DNA from: Thermoleophilia bacterium
GTDB lineage: Bacteria; Actinomycetota; Thermoleophilia; UBA2241
Assembly (NCBI GenBank): GCA_052139595.1
Contig: JBKQWK010000018.1
Span: 1-62,205 of the forward strand
Length of the DNA: 62,205 bases
Direction of reading: 5' to 3'
Made by a program: the position numbers and the translations under genes. The notes beneath the pieces were generated by a model, which had not been told where the DNA came from, did no database searches, and saw only the letters and a list, made by a program, of their open reading frames with translations. Shown piece after piece: positions 39,757 to 48,472 of the stretch. The number at the start of each line of letters is the position of its first letter. Position 1 is the first letter of the stretch.

Positions 39757-41366
39757 TTTCCCGGGTCCCCTTTCTGACGACGAGAGGATGAGCCCTTTGA
39801 TCCGTTTGTGAGCCCTTTGCGGCGCGATTTCCCGGCACCCGTGGATGTCCCCTTTGTCCCGTTTATGTCCCGTTCGCCGCCCGGTGTGGTGGCGTCTGCG
39901 GATGTCCCCTTTGTCCCCTTTATGTCCCCTTTGCTCGCGAGCACGTAGAACGCGCCCCGCCCCGTCTTGCCGATGCGTGCGACAACACCTTTTGCCACCA
40001 GATCGGCCAAGTCGCGAGATGCGGTTTTCTTGGTCGCTCCCGTTATCTCCTGGTACTCTTGATTGGTGATCCGGCCAGCGGCTTTCAGATGGGCCAGGAC
40101 CCGGCTCTGGCGTTCATTGAGGCCCAGGGCCGCAACGACCTGCTCCGTGAGCCAATCGCGCCAGACCGTAACCGAGAACTCACCGGCGCGCTGCTCGAAG
40201 TCGGGTTCGGGGAGCGAGTGCTCGACGCTCTCGCGGATCATCATCAACGTGCCGGTGCCGTACTTCTCGATATAGCGGGCCAGAAACATGGCTTCGCAAA
40301 TCCCAGCGTTGCGGGCCACGGAGCCGTGGGGCTCGCGCAACCGCTCAAGCGTCAGCGGTGGCGGAAGCACGCCGGGGTTCCAGACCTCCACTCGGTCGGC
40401 GAAAACGGAAACCTGCACTGCGCCTGCCAAGGCGTAGTCGCGGTGGGCGACGGCGTTGACGACGGCCTCGCGCACAACGTCCGGGGGGATTTCGTAGGCA
40501 ACTGGCGCCTGCGCGCTCAGGGCGCGGGTGCCGACGCTGCGGTTGATCACGGAGAGCACGAAGTCCGCCGCTCGGTCCACCTGCTCAAAGAGCCGACCCT
40601 TGAATATCTGGTAGTAGGGGGCTGGCCGCTGGATTTCCGTGCCGTGGAAGTGCATGCAGCGGACCTCAGCGCTGGACACGAATCGCTGGGGATCGCGGCC
40701 GAAGAGCAGCACGGCAGCGTTGGTGGGCTGCCCCTCCACGAGCAGGTGCAAGTGGGCCAACACGTCGGCCTTCGGGGTTCGCGCCGCCAACGGAAACTGC
40801 CGCTCGGCACGGGCGCAGCCAACGAAGTCGGAAACGGCTCGCCCATCAATGTCATCAAGGGTAGCGCCGGGACAGGGGCGCTCGTCGAATGGTCGGTTCT
40901 GGATGACGCCCACGCTTTCCAGGTAATCCACCAGGCTTGCGTAGACCGCATCGGTGAGGTCGGCAGTCTCGGCAAAGCGGCGGCGGATCAACTGCGCCCC
41001 AGCCTTGCGCACCAGGACCTGCATCTTCGGATGACGAGCGGAGTCCTTATCGCCCTTGACGAAGATCAGACGTTCCTTCCCGGTGGCGGTGGCGCGGTCA
41101 AACTCGCGTTCAGTGGGCGACAGGCCCTTAGCGTCCTCGTAGCCGTATTCGTTGCCGAACAGGCCCAGGTAGACGTCGCAACGGTCCACCTCTTTCAGAT
41201 ACACCTCATCTGCGCCGCGGCCGGAGGCGGGCAGGTCCTCGAACAGGAACACATCAAAGAAGCGCCCCAGGAGAGGGTCGCCCCGGATATAGTCCTTCAG
41301 CGCCCGGCGCTCGGCAGCGAGTTCCTTCTGGACTGAGCTGATGAAGATCCTCTTCTTGCCGCTCAT
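39753..41366 (-). CDS. DUF4062 - AlbA_2/Schlafen-like - HATPase_c_4 - wHTH protein with a basic KGT-repeat tail
   Basis: The N-terminal RIFISSVQKELAAERRALKDYI...VYLGLFGNEYGY is DUF4062-like. NAVAHRDYALAGAVQVSVFADRVEVWNPG and ARYIEKYGTGTLMM are typical of the RecG-C-terminal-like ATPase domain. wHTH: RITNQEYQEITGATKKTASRDLADLV. Confidence 0.65.
   Translation of the reverse strand: MSGKKRIFISSVQKELAAERRALKDYIRGDPLLGRFFDVFLFEDLPASGRGADEVYLKEVDRCDVYLGLFGNEYGYEDAKGLSPTEREFDRATATGKERLIFVKGDKDSARHPKMQVLVRKAGAQLIRRRFAETADLTDAVYASLVDYLESVGVIQNRPFDERPCPGATLDDIDGRAVSDFVGCARAERQFPLAARTPKADVLAHLHLLVEGQPTNAAVLLFGRDPQRFVSSAEVRCMHFHGTEIQRPAPYYQIFKGRLFEQVDRAADFVLSVINRSVGTRALSAQAPVAYEIPPDVVREAVVNAVAHRDYALAGAVQVSVFADRVEVWNPGVLPPPLTLERLREPHGSVARNAGICEAMFLARYIEKYGTGTLMMIRESVEHSLPEPDFEQRAGEFSVTVWRDWLTEQVVAALGLNERQSRVLAHLKAAGRITNQEYQEITGATKKTASRDLADLVAKGVVARIGKTGRGAFYVLASKGDIKGTKGTSADATTPGGERDINGTKGTSTGAGKSRRKGLTNGSKGSSSRRQKGDPGK
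39843..39928. repeat. 29-nt direct repeat (28/29 identical, 57-nt period) inside the 3' end of the DUF4062 gene
   Basis: ggatgtcccctttgtccc(g/c)tttatgtccc occurs at 39843-39871 and 39900-39928 and encodes the (D)I(K/N)GTKGTS repeats. A related tgagccctttg doublet lies at 39789-39819. Confidence 0.85.
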
Positions 41367-44300
41367 GGCACCGCCTCCCCGTTACCATCAGGGAGCACGA
41401 CCAGGAAGGCAACGACCTCGAAATCGTTGATCCCCTGGAACTCGCCCTTCATGGCGTGGGTGCCGCCAGGCGTGAACAGGCTGGCGATGGCCCGCTCTTC
41501 CTTCTTACCGACGATCGAGGCGATCGCCTTGGCGAGCAGGTCCTGGGCGGCCCGCATGTCACGGCCGTCCTTCGTGGCCTTGTCGAAACGGGCGCTGGCC
41601 CCAGCATCGGGCATGTCGCGGCCGATGGAGAGCCGTTTCAGCCGGTCGAGTGTCTGCTTGGCCTGGGTGAACGGCAGCAAGACCGCGCCGTCGTCGCCGA
41701 CATGCACGACGTAATGCGGCGCCAAGGGATAGCCTGGCTCGATGGCCTTCAGCGCCCCCTCGCCCACGGCGCGGAGGCAGAAGATCACGCCTGGTGGGAT
41801 AGCCGCCTCGTCGTTTCCCTGGGCCGTGGTGACGGCGAACGTGCCGGGCGGGAGCTTTTCGAGTTGGCCAGGGTGTTCCTTGAGGAAGCCGGAGAGGTCA
41901 ATGCGGAAGTCGTTCAGGGTGAGATCGGCGATGGAAACGCCGCTCGACAGGTCTTCGAGGTCGATGACGGCATCCTGGAGCTTGAGGAGCTGCTTGCGAC
42001 GGTACTCCAGGTCGTTCATCTGGTTGCCCGACTGGTGCTCGATGATATTCTCTTCGCCAGTGGCGGAGATGTCCAAGAGAACCATTCGGCCGCTGACCCG
42101 CTGTTCGAGGTTGATGTACTCCTCCAACTCGATGTTCGGCCAGAAGTTGATGAGCTGGATCCGCTCGTTCACGGATCCGATGCGGTCGATCCGGCCGAAG
42201 CGCTGGATGATACGGACGGGATTCCAGTGGATGTCGAAGTTGATGACGGTATCGCAGTCCTGGAGATTCTGACCCTCGCTGATGCAGTCGGTGGCGATGA
42301 GCAAGTCCACCTCGCCTTCCTCAGCTAGGTCCTCGGGGCGTTCCTTGGCGCGGGGTGAGAAAGCCGTGATGATGCTGGTGAAGTCCTTGCGGAGTTTAGG
42401 TAGCGTAGCCTGGTTATGGCCCGCCCCTGTAACCAAGGCCGAGTGCAGGCCAAGTTCATCCAGCGCCCAGGCGGACAATTCGCCGTACAGGTAGTGGGCG
42501 GTGTCGGCGAACGCCGTGAAGACGAGAAACTTGCGGTTATCGGGGTTGATCGGCTGACGACACTTGCACCGGATGACCTCGCGGAGGGCATCGAGCTTGG
42601 CGTCTCGCACTGCGCTCACCTGCTTTGCGGCCGAGAGGAGCGTGGCAAGCCGGTTGCGGTCCTCGATGAGGTCCTGCCTCCAGCGGATGTGGTCCACGTC
42701 CCGAAGCAGCACCTTGACCTTGCGCCCGACCAACAGGCTCTCGAAGGCCGGATCGTCCACGTCTACGTCTTCAATGTCAACCTCGTCGACCGACTCGGCG
42801 TGGGCGTCGAGCTTGGTCAGAGTGGCTTCCACGTCGGCAAGTTGGCGGGTAAGCGTAAGGGCGAACGAGGTAACCGAGCTTTCCATCCGTTTCAGGACGT
42901 TGACCCGTAGCAGGTGGATCAGGCTTTCTTCGCGGTCCACCTGGCGGAAGAAGCTCTCGCCACCGCGAATTTTGGTGCTGTACTTGGCGTCGTAGGCCGC
43001 CTGCCGGTGCGGTAGGACATATCGCAGGGGCGCGTAGGCGCTGAGGTTGAGGCGGCGGATCTCGTTGTTGATCTCGCGGATGGAACGGAACTCACCCGCC
43101 TTGTCCACGTCGGACTTGATGTTGACGGGCTTCAGACGCTCGGGGAACCGGCCCGTCTCGCGGGTGCCGTAGTATTTCTCGACGTGCTTGCGGGACCGCG
43201 CGATGGTCAACAGGTCCAGCAGCTTGAAGTAGTCGAAACCGAGCATGTCGATCAACCGTGCCGGGCGCCGCTCGGCCTCTTCTAAGGCCAACCAGCGGTT
43301 GAATTGGAGTTGGGCCTGGCGCACCGTGGCTTCGACGCTGGGGACACCTTGGTCGAGCAGGGCAGTATCATCGCCCTCGGTCACGAAGGCGATCTGGTTC
43401 TTCAGGTCGGCAAGCCGGTTGTTGACCGGAGTGGCCGAGAGCATCAGGACGCGGGTCTTGACCCCCTCCTTGATGATCCGCCGCATGAGGCGATCATAAC
43501 GGGTTTCGCGATCGTTGTGGCTGGACTTGTTGCGGAAGTTGTGCGACTCGTCGATGACCACCAGGTCGTAGTTGCCCCAGTTGACGTGGGCCAGGTCGAT
43601 GTCGCCGGAGTTGCCACCATCGCGGGAAAGGTCCGTGTGGTTGAGTACGTCGTAGCCGAAACGGTCGGCAGCCAGGAAGTTACGGCGGTCGTTGGCCTTG
43701 TAGAGCGTCCAGTTGTCGCGGAGCCGCTTCGGCACCAGGACCAGCACGCGGTCGTTGCGCAGATCGTAGTATTTGATGATAGCCAGGGCCTCGAACGTCT
43801 TGCCGAGGCCAACGCTATCGGCGATGATACACCCGCCAAGGCGCTCCAGCTTGTCGATCGCCCCGACCACTCCATCCCGCTGAAACTTGTAGAGCTTCTT
43901 CCACACCGTGGTGTTGCGGATGCCGGTGGCCGACTTGACGATGCGTTCCTCGTCCAGTTCGTCGCCGAGGTCCTTGAAAACACGGAAGAGGGTCAGGTAG
44001 TAGATGAGCGAGGGGGGCTTGGGATCGAAAAGATTCTGGAGCCCCGAAAGGAAGGCCCCCTTCTGTTGGTCGGAAACGGGCAGCGTATTCCAAAGGCTGG
44101 TGAACCACGCCCCAAGGACAGCCGATTCATCGGGGCGCTCGGAGCACTGGATCAGGCTGAATTGATTCCCTGGGGTCAGGCCCAACCCTTCGGTCGTAAA
44201 CGCGCAGTTGCCGGTAATGACCAAGCGAAGCTCCAATTCCGGCTTCCCGACGATGAGAATGGACTGCGGCAGCAAGGTGGGGGCGCTTCGCAACTCGACC

Positions 44301-44617
44301 TTTTCCTTGATCCACGCGGCGCACTCCCGAGCCAGCCAGCGGACTTGAAGGCGGTTACGAAAGGCGCGGTCGTTGTCGGAGCCGGTCAGGCCGAGATCGG
44401 CACCATTGATGGCGGGGAGGACCAAGCGGCAGGTGGTGAGCTTCTCCAGGACTTCGCGCAGCTCGGCAAAGGCGAAGAGGGAAAACGCCGGTGACGCCAG
44501 GTCAAGCGACGACGACGACGCGAGGGCCTGACGCAGTTCGTCGATCACGCGGTCGTTGCCTGTGTTCTTAATAAGTTTCATGGGTGCCGTCTTGACGGGG
44601 GCCGAAAGTGGCGTCAT
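41363..44617 (-). CDS. SNF2-family helicase with an N-terminal degenerate PLD-like domain
   Basis: LADSVGLGKTFEALAII (motif I), VVIDESHNFRN (DExH), LMLSATPVNNRL, and C-terminal helicase motifs (HWNPVRIIQRFGRIDRIGS). The N-terminus has ITGNCAFTTEGLG but no H-x-K. Confidence 0.85.
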   Translation of the reverse strand: MTPLSAPVKTAPMKLIKNTGNDRVIDELRQALASSSSLDLASPAFSLFAFAELREVLEKLTTCRLVLPAINGADLGLTGSDNDRAFRNRLQVRWLARECAAWIKEKVELRSAPTLLPQSILIVGKPELELRLVITGNCAFTTEGLGLTPGNQFSLIQCSERPDESAVLGAWFTSLWNTLPVSDQQKGAFLSGLQNLFDPKPPSLIYYLTLFRVFKDLGDELDEERIVKSATGIRNTTVWKKLYKFQRDGVVGAIDKLERLGGCIIADSVGLGKTFEALAIIKYYDLRNDRVLVLVPKRLRDNWTLYKANDRRNFLAADRFGYDVLNHTDLSRDGGNSGDIDLAHVNWGNYDLVVIDESHNFRNKSSHNDRETRYDRLMRRIIKEGVKTRVLMLSATPVNNRLADLKNQIAFVTEGDDTALLDQGVPSVEATVRQAQLQFNRWLALEEAERRPARLIDMLGFDYFKLLDLLTIARSRKHVEKYYGTRETGRFPERLKPVNIKSDVDKAGEFRSIREINNEIRRLNLSAYAPLRYVLPHRQAAYDAKYSTKIRGGESFFRQVDREESLIHLLRVNVLKRMESSVTSFALTLTRQLADVEATLTKLDAHAESVDEVDIEDVDVDDPAFESLLVGRKVKVLLRDVDHIRWRQDLIEDRNRLATLLSAAKQVSAVRDAKLDALREVIRCKCRQPINPDNRKFLVFTAFADTAHYLYGELSAWALDELGLHSALVTGAGHNQATLPKLRKDFTSIITAFSPRAKERPEDLAEEGEVDLLIATDCISEGQNLQDCDTVINFDIHWNPVRIIQRFGRIDRIGSVNERIQLINFWPNIELEEYINLEQRVSGRMVLLDISATGEENIIEHQSGNQMNDLEYRRKQLLKLQDAVIDLEDLSSGVSIADLTLNDFRIDLSGFLKEHPGQLEKLPPGTFAVTTAQGNDEAAIPPGVIFCLRAVGEGALKAIEPGYPLAPHYVVHVGDDGAVLLPFTQAKQTLDRLKRLSIGRDMPDAGASARFDKATKDGRDMRAAQDLLAKAIASIVGKKEERAIASLFTPGGTHAMKGEFQGINDFEVVAFLVVLPDGNGEAVP

Positions 44618-44627
44618 GCTCGCCGCT

Positions 44628-44855
44628 TCAACGCGGTTGGTGGGGTCGGCGCCAGCCGGTTGGAAACTTTCCTGACTCCTCGATTTGCCGGAGCAGTTCC
44701 TCCAGGTCGGCCTTCTTGAAGAGTCGGTAGCCGCTGATCGGGTTACGGTACACGGCCATTTTGCCGTCTCGATGCCAGTTCCTGAGCGTGTTGGGCGATA
44801 CGCCTAGAAACTTGGCCGCCTGCTTGATCGTCACGAACTCGTCCAGCTTGGTCAT
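44628..44855 (-). CDS. Excisionase/MerR-type HTH DNA-binding protein
   Basis: MTKLDEFVTIKQAAKFLGVSPNTLRNWHRDGKMAVYRNPISGYRLFKKADLEELL is a typical HTH_17/excisionase-family domain. The gene ends 10 nt before the SNF2 start. Confidence 0.7.
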   Translation of the reverse strand: MTKLDEFVTIKQAAKFLGVSPNTLRNWHRDGKMAVYRNPISGYRLFKKADLEELLRQIEESGKFPTGWRRPHQPR

Positions 44856-44994
44856 CAAAGCTACTCGCCGATTCGCGTTCCTCCTGGTCGCATGGTAGTC
44901 AAGGTTACCAAGACTATGTTCGGATCGCAAGCAGCCATGAAAAAGAAAAATCGGCTCATCGAAAGTTCTCGCGGCAAGATGTTCGCAGGCTTGG

Positions 44995-45873
44995 TCAAAC
45001 CAAACCTTCGTCTGCCAAGCCGGTCGGAACCCGACCGAGCACGTCCCGATGCACCACGCTCCCTTTCCTCATGACGATCTTCGGCAGCGTGCGCCCGTGC
45101 CCAGTCCAAACCAGGGCCGGATGCGGTCGGCGGTAGTGGGGCATGACCTCGATCTTCGCGCCCACGTTCCACCCCACTTTGCCGCGGCGGTGGGCCTTCT
45201 CTACGTACTTATGGTCACCACTTTCCTCGTACTTCGGCCGGTCGTCGGCCAACACGTCCGGCGTGATGACGTCGGGGTCATCGGCCAACAGGCAGAGCAT
45301 CGCACAGAGCCGCAGGCAATCCTGCGCCATCGGGAGGTGCTGCTCGGAGAAGAAACTGCCGCTCACGACATAGCTCTGCGTATTGACGGCCGACTCCTGG
45401 AAGGATCGCTCCAGGGTCTTGCCCGGCTCGCAACCGAGCGTCATGTGCAGGTTGAACAGGCCCGTAGGCCCCATGAAGTTCACCCACAGGCGAAGATCGT
45501 CGGCATCTTCCTGGTACATGAGCGCCGTATGAACGCCAGGCAGGCCGCCGATCGGTTTCTCGGCCGGCAAGCGGATCGCCAGTGCCCGCAGCGGGGTATG
45601 GATCAAGCTCGCGTCGAGATCCAGCCGCAGTTTCAAGAGGGCAGGGACGATGGCCGGCCAGAGTTGGTAGTAGGGTCGGTGGAGCCGCTGCCAAACGCCC
45701 TCGGCCAGGACCAGACCGTTACCCGTTCTACCGCCGCCAGCCACGGAAGCAGCGTAAAACTGGTCGGCAGTAACATGGCGTGGGAGCTGTTCCCGCATCT
45801 CCTCCCACATTGTCCGATACTCGTGAAACTTCACGGTCGCGTCCCCTGATCTTTCCAGATTCCAGAATAACAC
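44995..45873 (-). CDS. Hypothetical protein (292 aa), no family recognised
   Basis: Long ORF with ordinary amino-acid composition, on the same strand and upstream of the HTH gene. Confidence 0.5.
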   Translation of the reverse strand: MLFWNLERSGDATVKFHEYRTMWEEMREQLPRHVTADQFYAASVAGGGRTGNGLVLAEGVWQRLHRPYYQLWPAIVPALLKLRLDLDASLIHTPLRALAIRLPAEKPIGGLPGVHTALMYQEDADDLRLWVNFMGPTGLFNLHMTLGCEPGKTLERSFQESAVNTQSYVVSGSFFSEQHLPMAQDCLRLCAMLCLLADDPDVITPDVLADDRPKYEESGDHKYVEKAHRRGKVGWNVGAKIEVMPHYRRPHPALVWTGHGRTLPKIVMRKGSVVHRDVLGRVPTGLADEGLV

Positions 45874-46085
45874 GGGGATCGTTCGCAGTCACCCAGGCGA
45901 GTGAGGAACAGAGCAGGACGTAGATAGGACCACGACACCGACGAATTGTGACCGTGACGAGGATTCGGATTCCAGACCACGGCGAACGAAATGGTGATGG
46001 TGCGGAAGTTGGAGTATCGCCGTGCGGCTGGTCCTCGAACGCTGCGCGATGGCCGTTCCGGAAATCGGTGTCGTCAGCGCTTCCC

Positions 46086-46328
46086 TCAATCCGTCATCGC
46101 CGCCTTGATCGCCTGCAACTCTTCCATCGGTTCCTGATTGAAACACTCCATCTTGCCGGCTCGACGATACCAGTACCGGCTGTTGTCGAGGTCGCCCTCG
46201 ATCTTGTGCAGTACGGCGTGAATCCAGGCGGCACTCGGGTCCTCCTCGAATTGCTGCACAATGCGGTGGGCGCTATCCCAGTGCCCCTCGGTAGCCAGGT
46301 CGATGGCTTTGAGCAGATCGTCTTTCAT
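46086..46328 (-). CDS. Small hypothetical helical protein (80 aa)
   Basis: Balanced composition (MKDDLLKAIDLATEGHWDSAHRIVQQFEEDP...). No family recognised. Confidence 0.4.
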   Translation of the reverse strand: MKDDLLKAIDLATEGHWDSAHRIVQQFEEDPSAAWIHAVLHKIEGDLDNSRYWYRRAGKMECFNQEPMEELQAIKAAMTD

Positions 46329-47180
46329 GCCGGAACACCCTCGATTGCCGATTCCAACCCCGTCCCCATTCTACCGCGCCGTCGTAACAAGAGAACCGTC
46401 CGATCTGATTGATCCCGCTCTCCGATCGCACGTTTCGTCGCATACCCGACGATGTTGCCAAGGAGCGAAATAACGGCCCGAAACGCGTCAATATCTATGG
46501 AGCGGGTCGCTTAGACTCGGGAATCCCGAGTAGACCCGTTCCGAAGGCCCCGCTCTCAGCCATCCCTGGCCGGGGACTTCGGCTGCCTGACGGACGATGC
46601 GTAGCATGTGCTCTGGCAGTCGGACGCCAACCGGATTCCACCGGCCGTCGATGACTGGTGACGTTCCTCCCTGGGCGATGGCGAAGCGGCGGCCGGTCCG
46701 CCAACTGGTCGCCGGTCCGGCCTGCCTCCTTCAGACTTGGGACTTCGCGCTGAACAAGGTGCCGTGACCACCGGCTAACCTCACGTTGTACCGATCTGAT
46801 AAAATGAAGCAAACACAATCCAAAAACTGGTTTTGGCGTTCGAGATTTCAGACCTTCTCTGCTTTGCCGACTCTTCCCAATTTCCGTTTTTCGTCCACTT
46901 CGGCGTGAATGATCGAGGGTTTCAACCCCTGCGGTCAGGATGCCCCGTTTCCAGGCCCCGGGAAGGCCCCTGGCGTTCGTCGCGGATGCCGGGGTGCCAA
47001 GAGCCCGTGCGGCTGGCCGTGCCGTCAGCGGGCCTGCTAGGGGCCTCAGCAAGACAGCTCGCTAGAAACGTAAAAAAACGCCCGTTTCACCCTCTTCAGG
47101 AGTAGTACCATGATCCTGTTGACCTCGACCTTCGCGTGTGCCATTGTCGCAGTCATGCCTCGCAACGGATCGACCAGCAT

Positions 47181-47348
47181 ATGTCGCCTGGATACCCGTC
47201 CGGCTCTGCCGGGACCCTTTTCATCGTTGTCGCCTGCCTCGTTGTCGCAGGTGTAATGTCGTACGTCACCGCAACCTACGGACACTGGCCTTTTATAGTG
47301 GCCGGCATCCTCGTGGGCCTGTTGGCCGTGTCGTCCATTAGCAAGTGA
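47181..47348 (+). CDS. Small two-TM membrane protein
   Basis: MSPGYPSGSAGTLFIVVACLVVAGVMSYVTATYGHWPFIVAGILVGLLAVSSISK. It ends 12 nt before the DUF1257 start. Confidence 0.3.
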   Translation: MSPGYPSGSAGTLFIVVACLVVAGVMSYVTATYGHWPFIVAGILVGLLAVSSISK

Positions 47349-47359
47349 TAGGAAAAACC

Positions 47360-47731
47360 GTGAGTCACACCGTCACCATCAAGACCGAAATCCGGGACCG
47401 CTCGGCTGTCGAAGCCGCGTGTCGCCGCCTCGGCTTGGCTCAGCCTGTCGAGGGCAAGGCCACGCTCTTCAGCGGCGAGGTCTCTGGGCTGGCCGTCCAG
47501 TTGCCCGACTGGCAGTACCCCGTGGTCGCCGATCTCACCACCGGCCAACTAAAGTTCGACAACTTCGGTGGCCGCTGGGGCGATCAGAAGGAACTGGACA
47601 AGTTCCTACAAGCCTACGCAGTCGAACGTGCCAGGGCGGAAGCCAGGAAGAAGGGCTACTCCGTAGCCGAGCAGCAGTTGAGCGACGGCTCCGTCAAGCT
47701 CACCATCCAGGTCGCAGGAGGTGCCGCATGA
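47360..47731 (+). CDS. DUF1257-like protein
   Basis: (V)SHTVTIKTEIRDRSAVEAACRRLGL...WQYPVVADLTTGQLKFDNFGGRWG fits my recollection of DUF1257. The GTG start is preceded by GGA. Confidence 0.55.
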   Translation: MSHTVTIKTEIRDRSAVEAACRRLGLAQPVEGKATLFSGEVSGLAVQLPDWQYPVVADLTTGQLKFDNFGGRWGDQKELDKFLQAYAVERARAEARKKGYSVAEQQLSDGSVKLTIQVAGGAA

Positions 47732-47922
47732 GCCGAAGCATCGAAATCACCGTCAACACGAAGGGCGAGACCACCGTCACGACCAAGGGTTTCGTCGGAT
47801 CGTCATGCCGGGAAGCAAGCAAGTTCGTCGAGGAGGCCCTCGGCCAGCGGCTCGACGAGCGGCTCACTGTGGAGTTCCATCAGGTCCAATCCGTCGAGCA
47901 GAACGCTCAGCAGCGGGCCTGA
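47728..47922 (+). CDS. DUF2997-like small protein
   Basis: MSRSIEITVNTKGETTVTTKGFVGSSCREASKFVEEALG. ATGA overlap with the DUF1257 stop; this pair commonly co-occurs. Confidence 0.5.
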   Translation: MSRSIEITVNTKGETTVTTKGFVGSSCREASKFVEEALGQRLDERLTVEFHQVQSVEQNAQQRA

Positions 47923-48266
47923 TCTTCCTGGAGCTGATCCGCAGCCAAGCACGATACCCGGCCTCCATCGGAAGCCGATTGCCGTAACCGCCGCCGGAAC
48001 GTCCGGCAGGACGGCATCGCCTCAAAAAAGAACAGGTGCGATCGGCACGAACAATCGGACGCGCCGAACCGTTCCTGGAACACGATGCCGTTCATTTCCA
48101 AAAGCACGGACGCCCACTTGCACTCGCTCCGATGTTCGTCCGCGGTGTACCATACCTCCACGAGGTCGGTGACTTCGCAGAGGTAGTCCACGTGCCAGTG
48201 GAGCGTCTTGTTTGTCTTGGCATGCCACATGATTCGCGCCGCCAGCCCTCGACCGCCGATTTTCAC
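47907..48266 (-). pseudogene. 5'-truncated DUF123 (GIY-YIG superfamily) remnant
   Basis: It has the family's C-terminal blocks (HWHVDYL, ECKWA, FGASDCSCRSHLFFF). The N-terminal GxYxYVGSA part is missing, and an in-frame TGA lies 7 codons upstream of the GTG. Confidence 0.45.
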
Positions 48267-48285
48267 GGAGGTCGGGGGCTTTTTT
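48246..48285 (+). terminator. Intrinsic-terminator-like hairpin with T6 tract
   Basis: ccctcgacc-(15 nt)-ggtcggggg pairs 9 bp (one G-U) and is followed by cttttttc. Confidence 0.45.
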
Positions 48286-48472
48286 CATTTCTTGCCCGCC
48301 GCGGATCTCATCCCGGCACACCCACTGGAGATTTCGATGACCGCCTCCGTTTTGATCGTGAGTTCGCTCTTGACCGTCTTCTTGATCGCTGTTCTGGCGC
48401 GCGAAATTCGGCTCAGGACCGCGATGCAGCGGCTACTGTCGCGTCTTTTGATCCGTTGGAGGACCCCGCCGA

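Noticed and set aside
44892-45074. 60-aa plus-strand ORF in the spacer between the HTH gene and 44995..45873.
   Set aside because: It overlaps the 3' end of the 292-aa gene on the opposite strand, and its Lys/Arg/Ser-rich product has no support. The spacer is more likely the promoter/operator region of the defence operon.
46495-47052. 185-aa minus-strand ORF in the 800-bp gap.
   Set aside because: The translation is dominated by Arg/Pro/Gly/Ser runs, no motif is recognised, and the ORF spans obvious hairpins. It was treated as non-coding.
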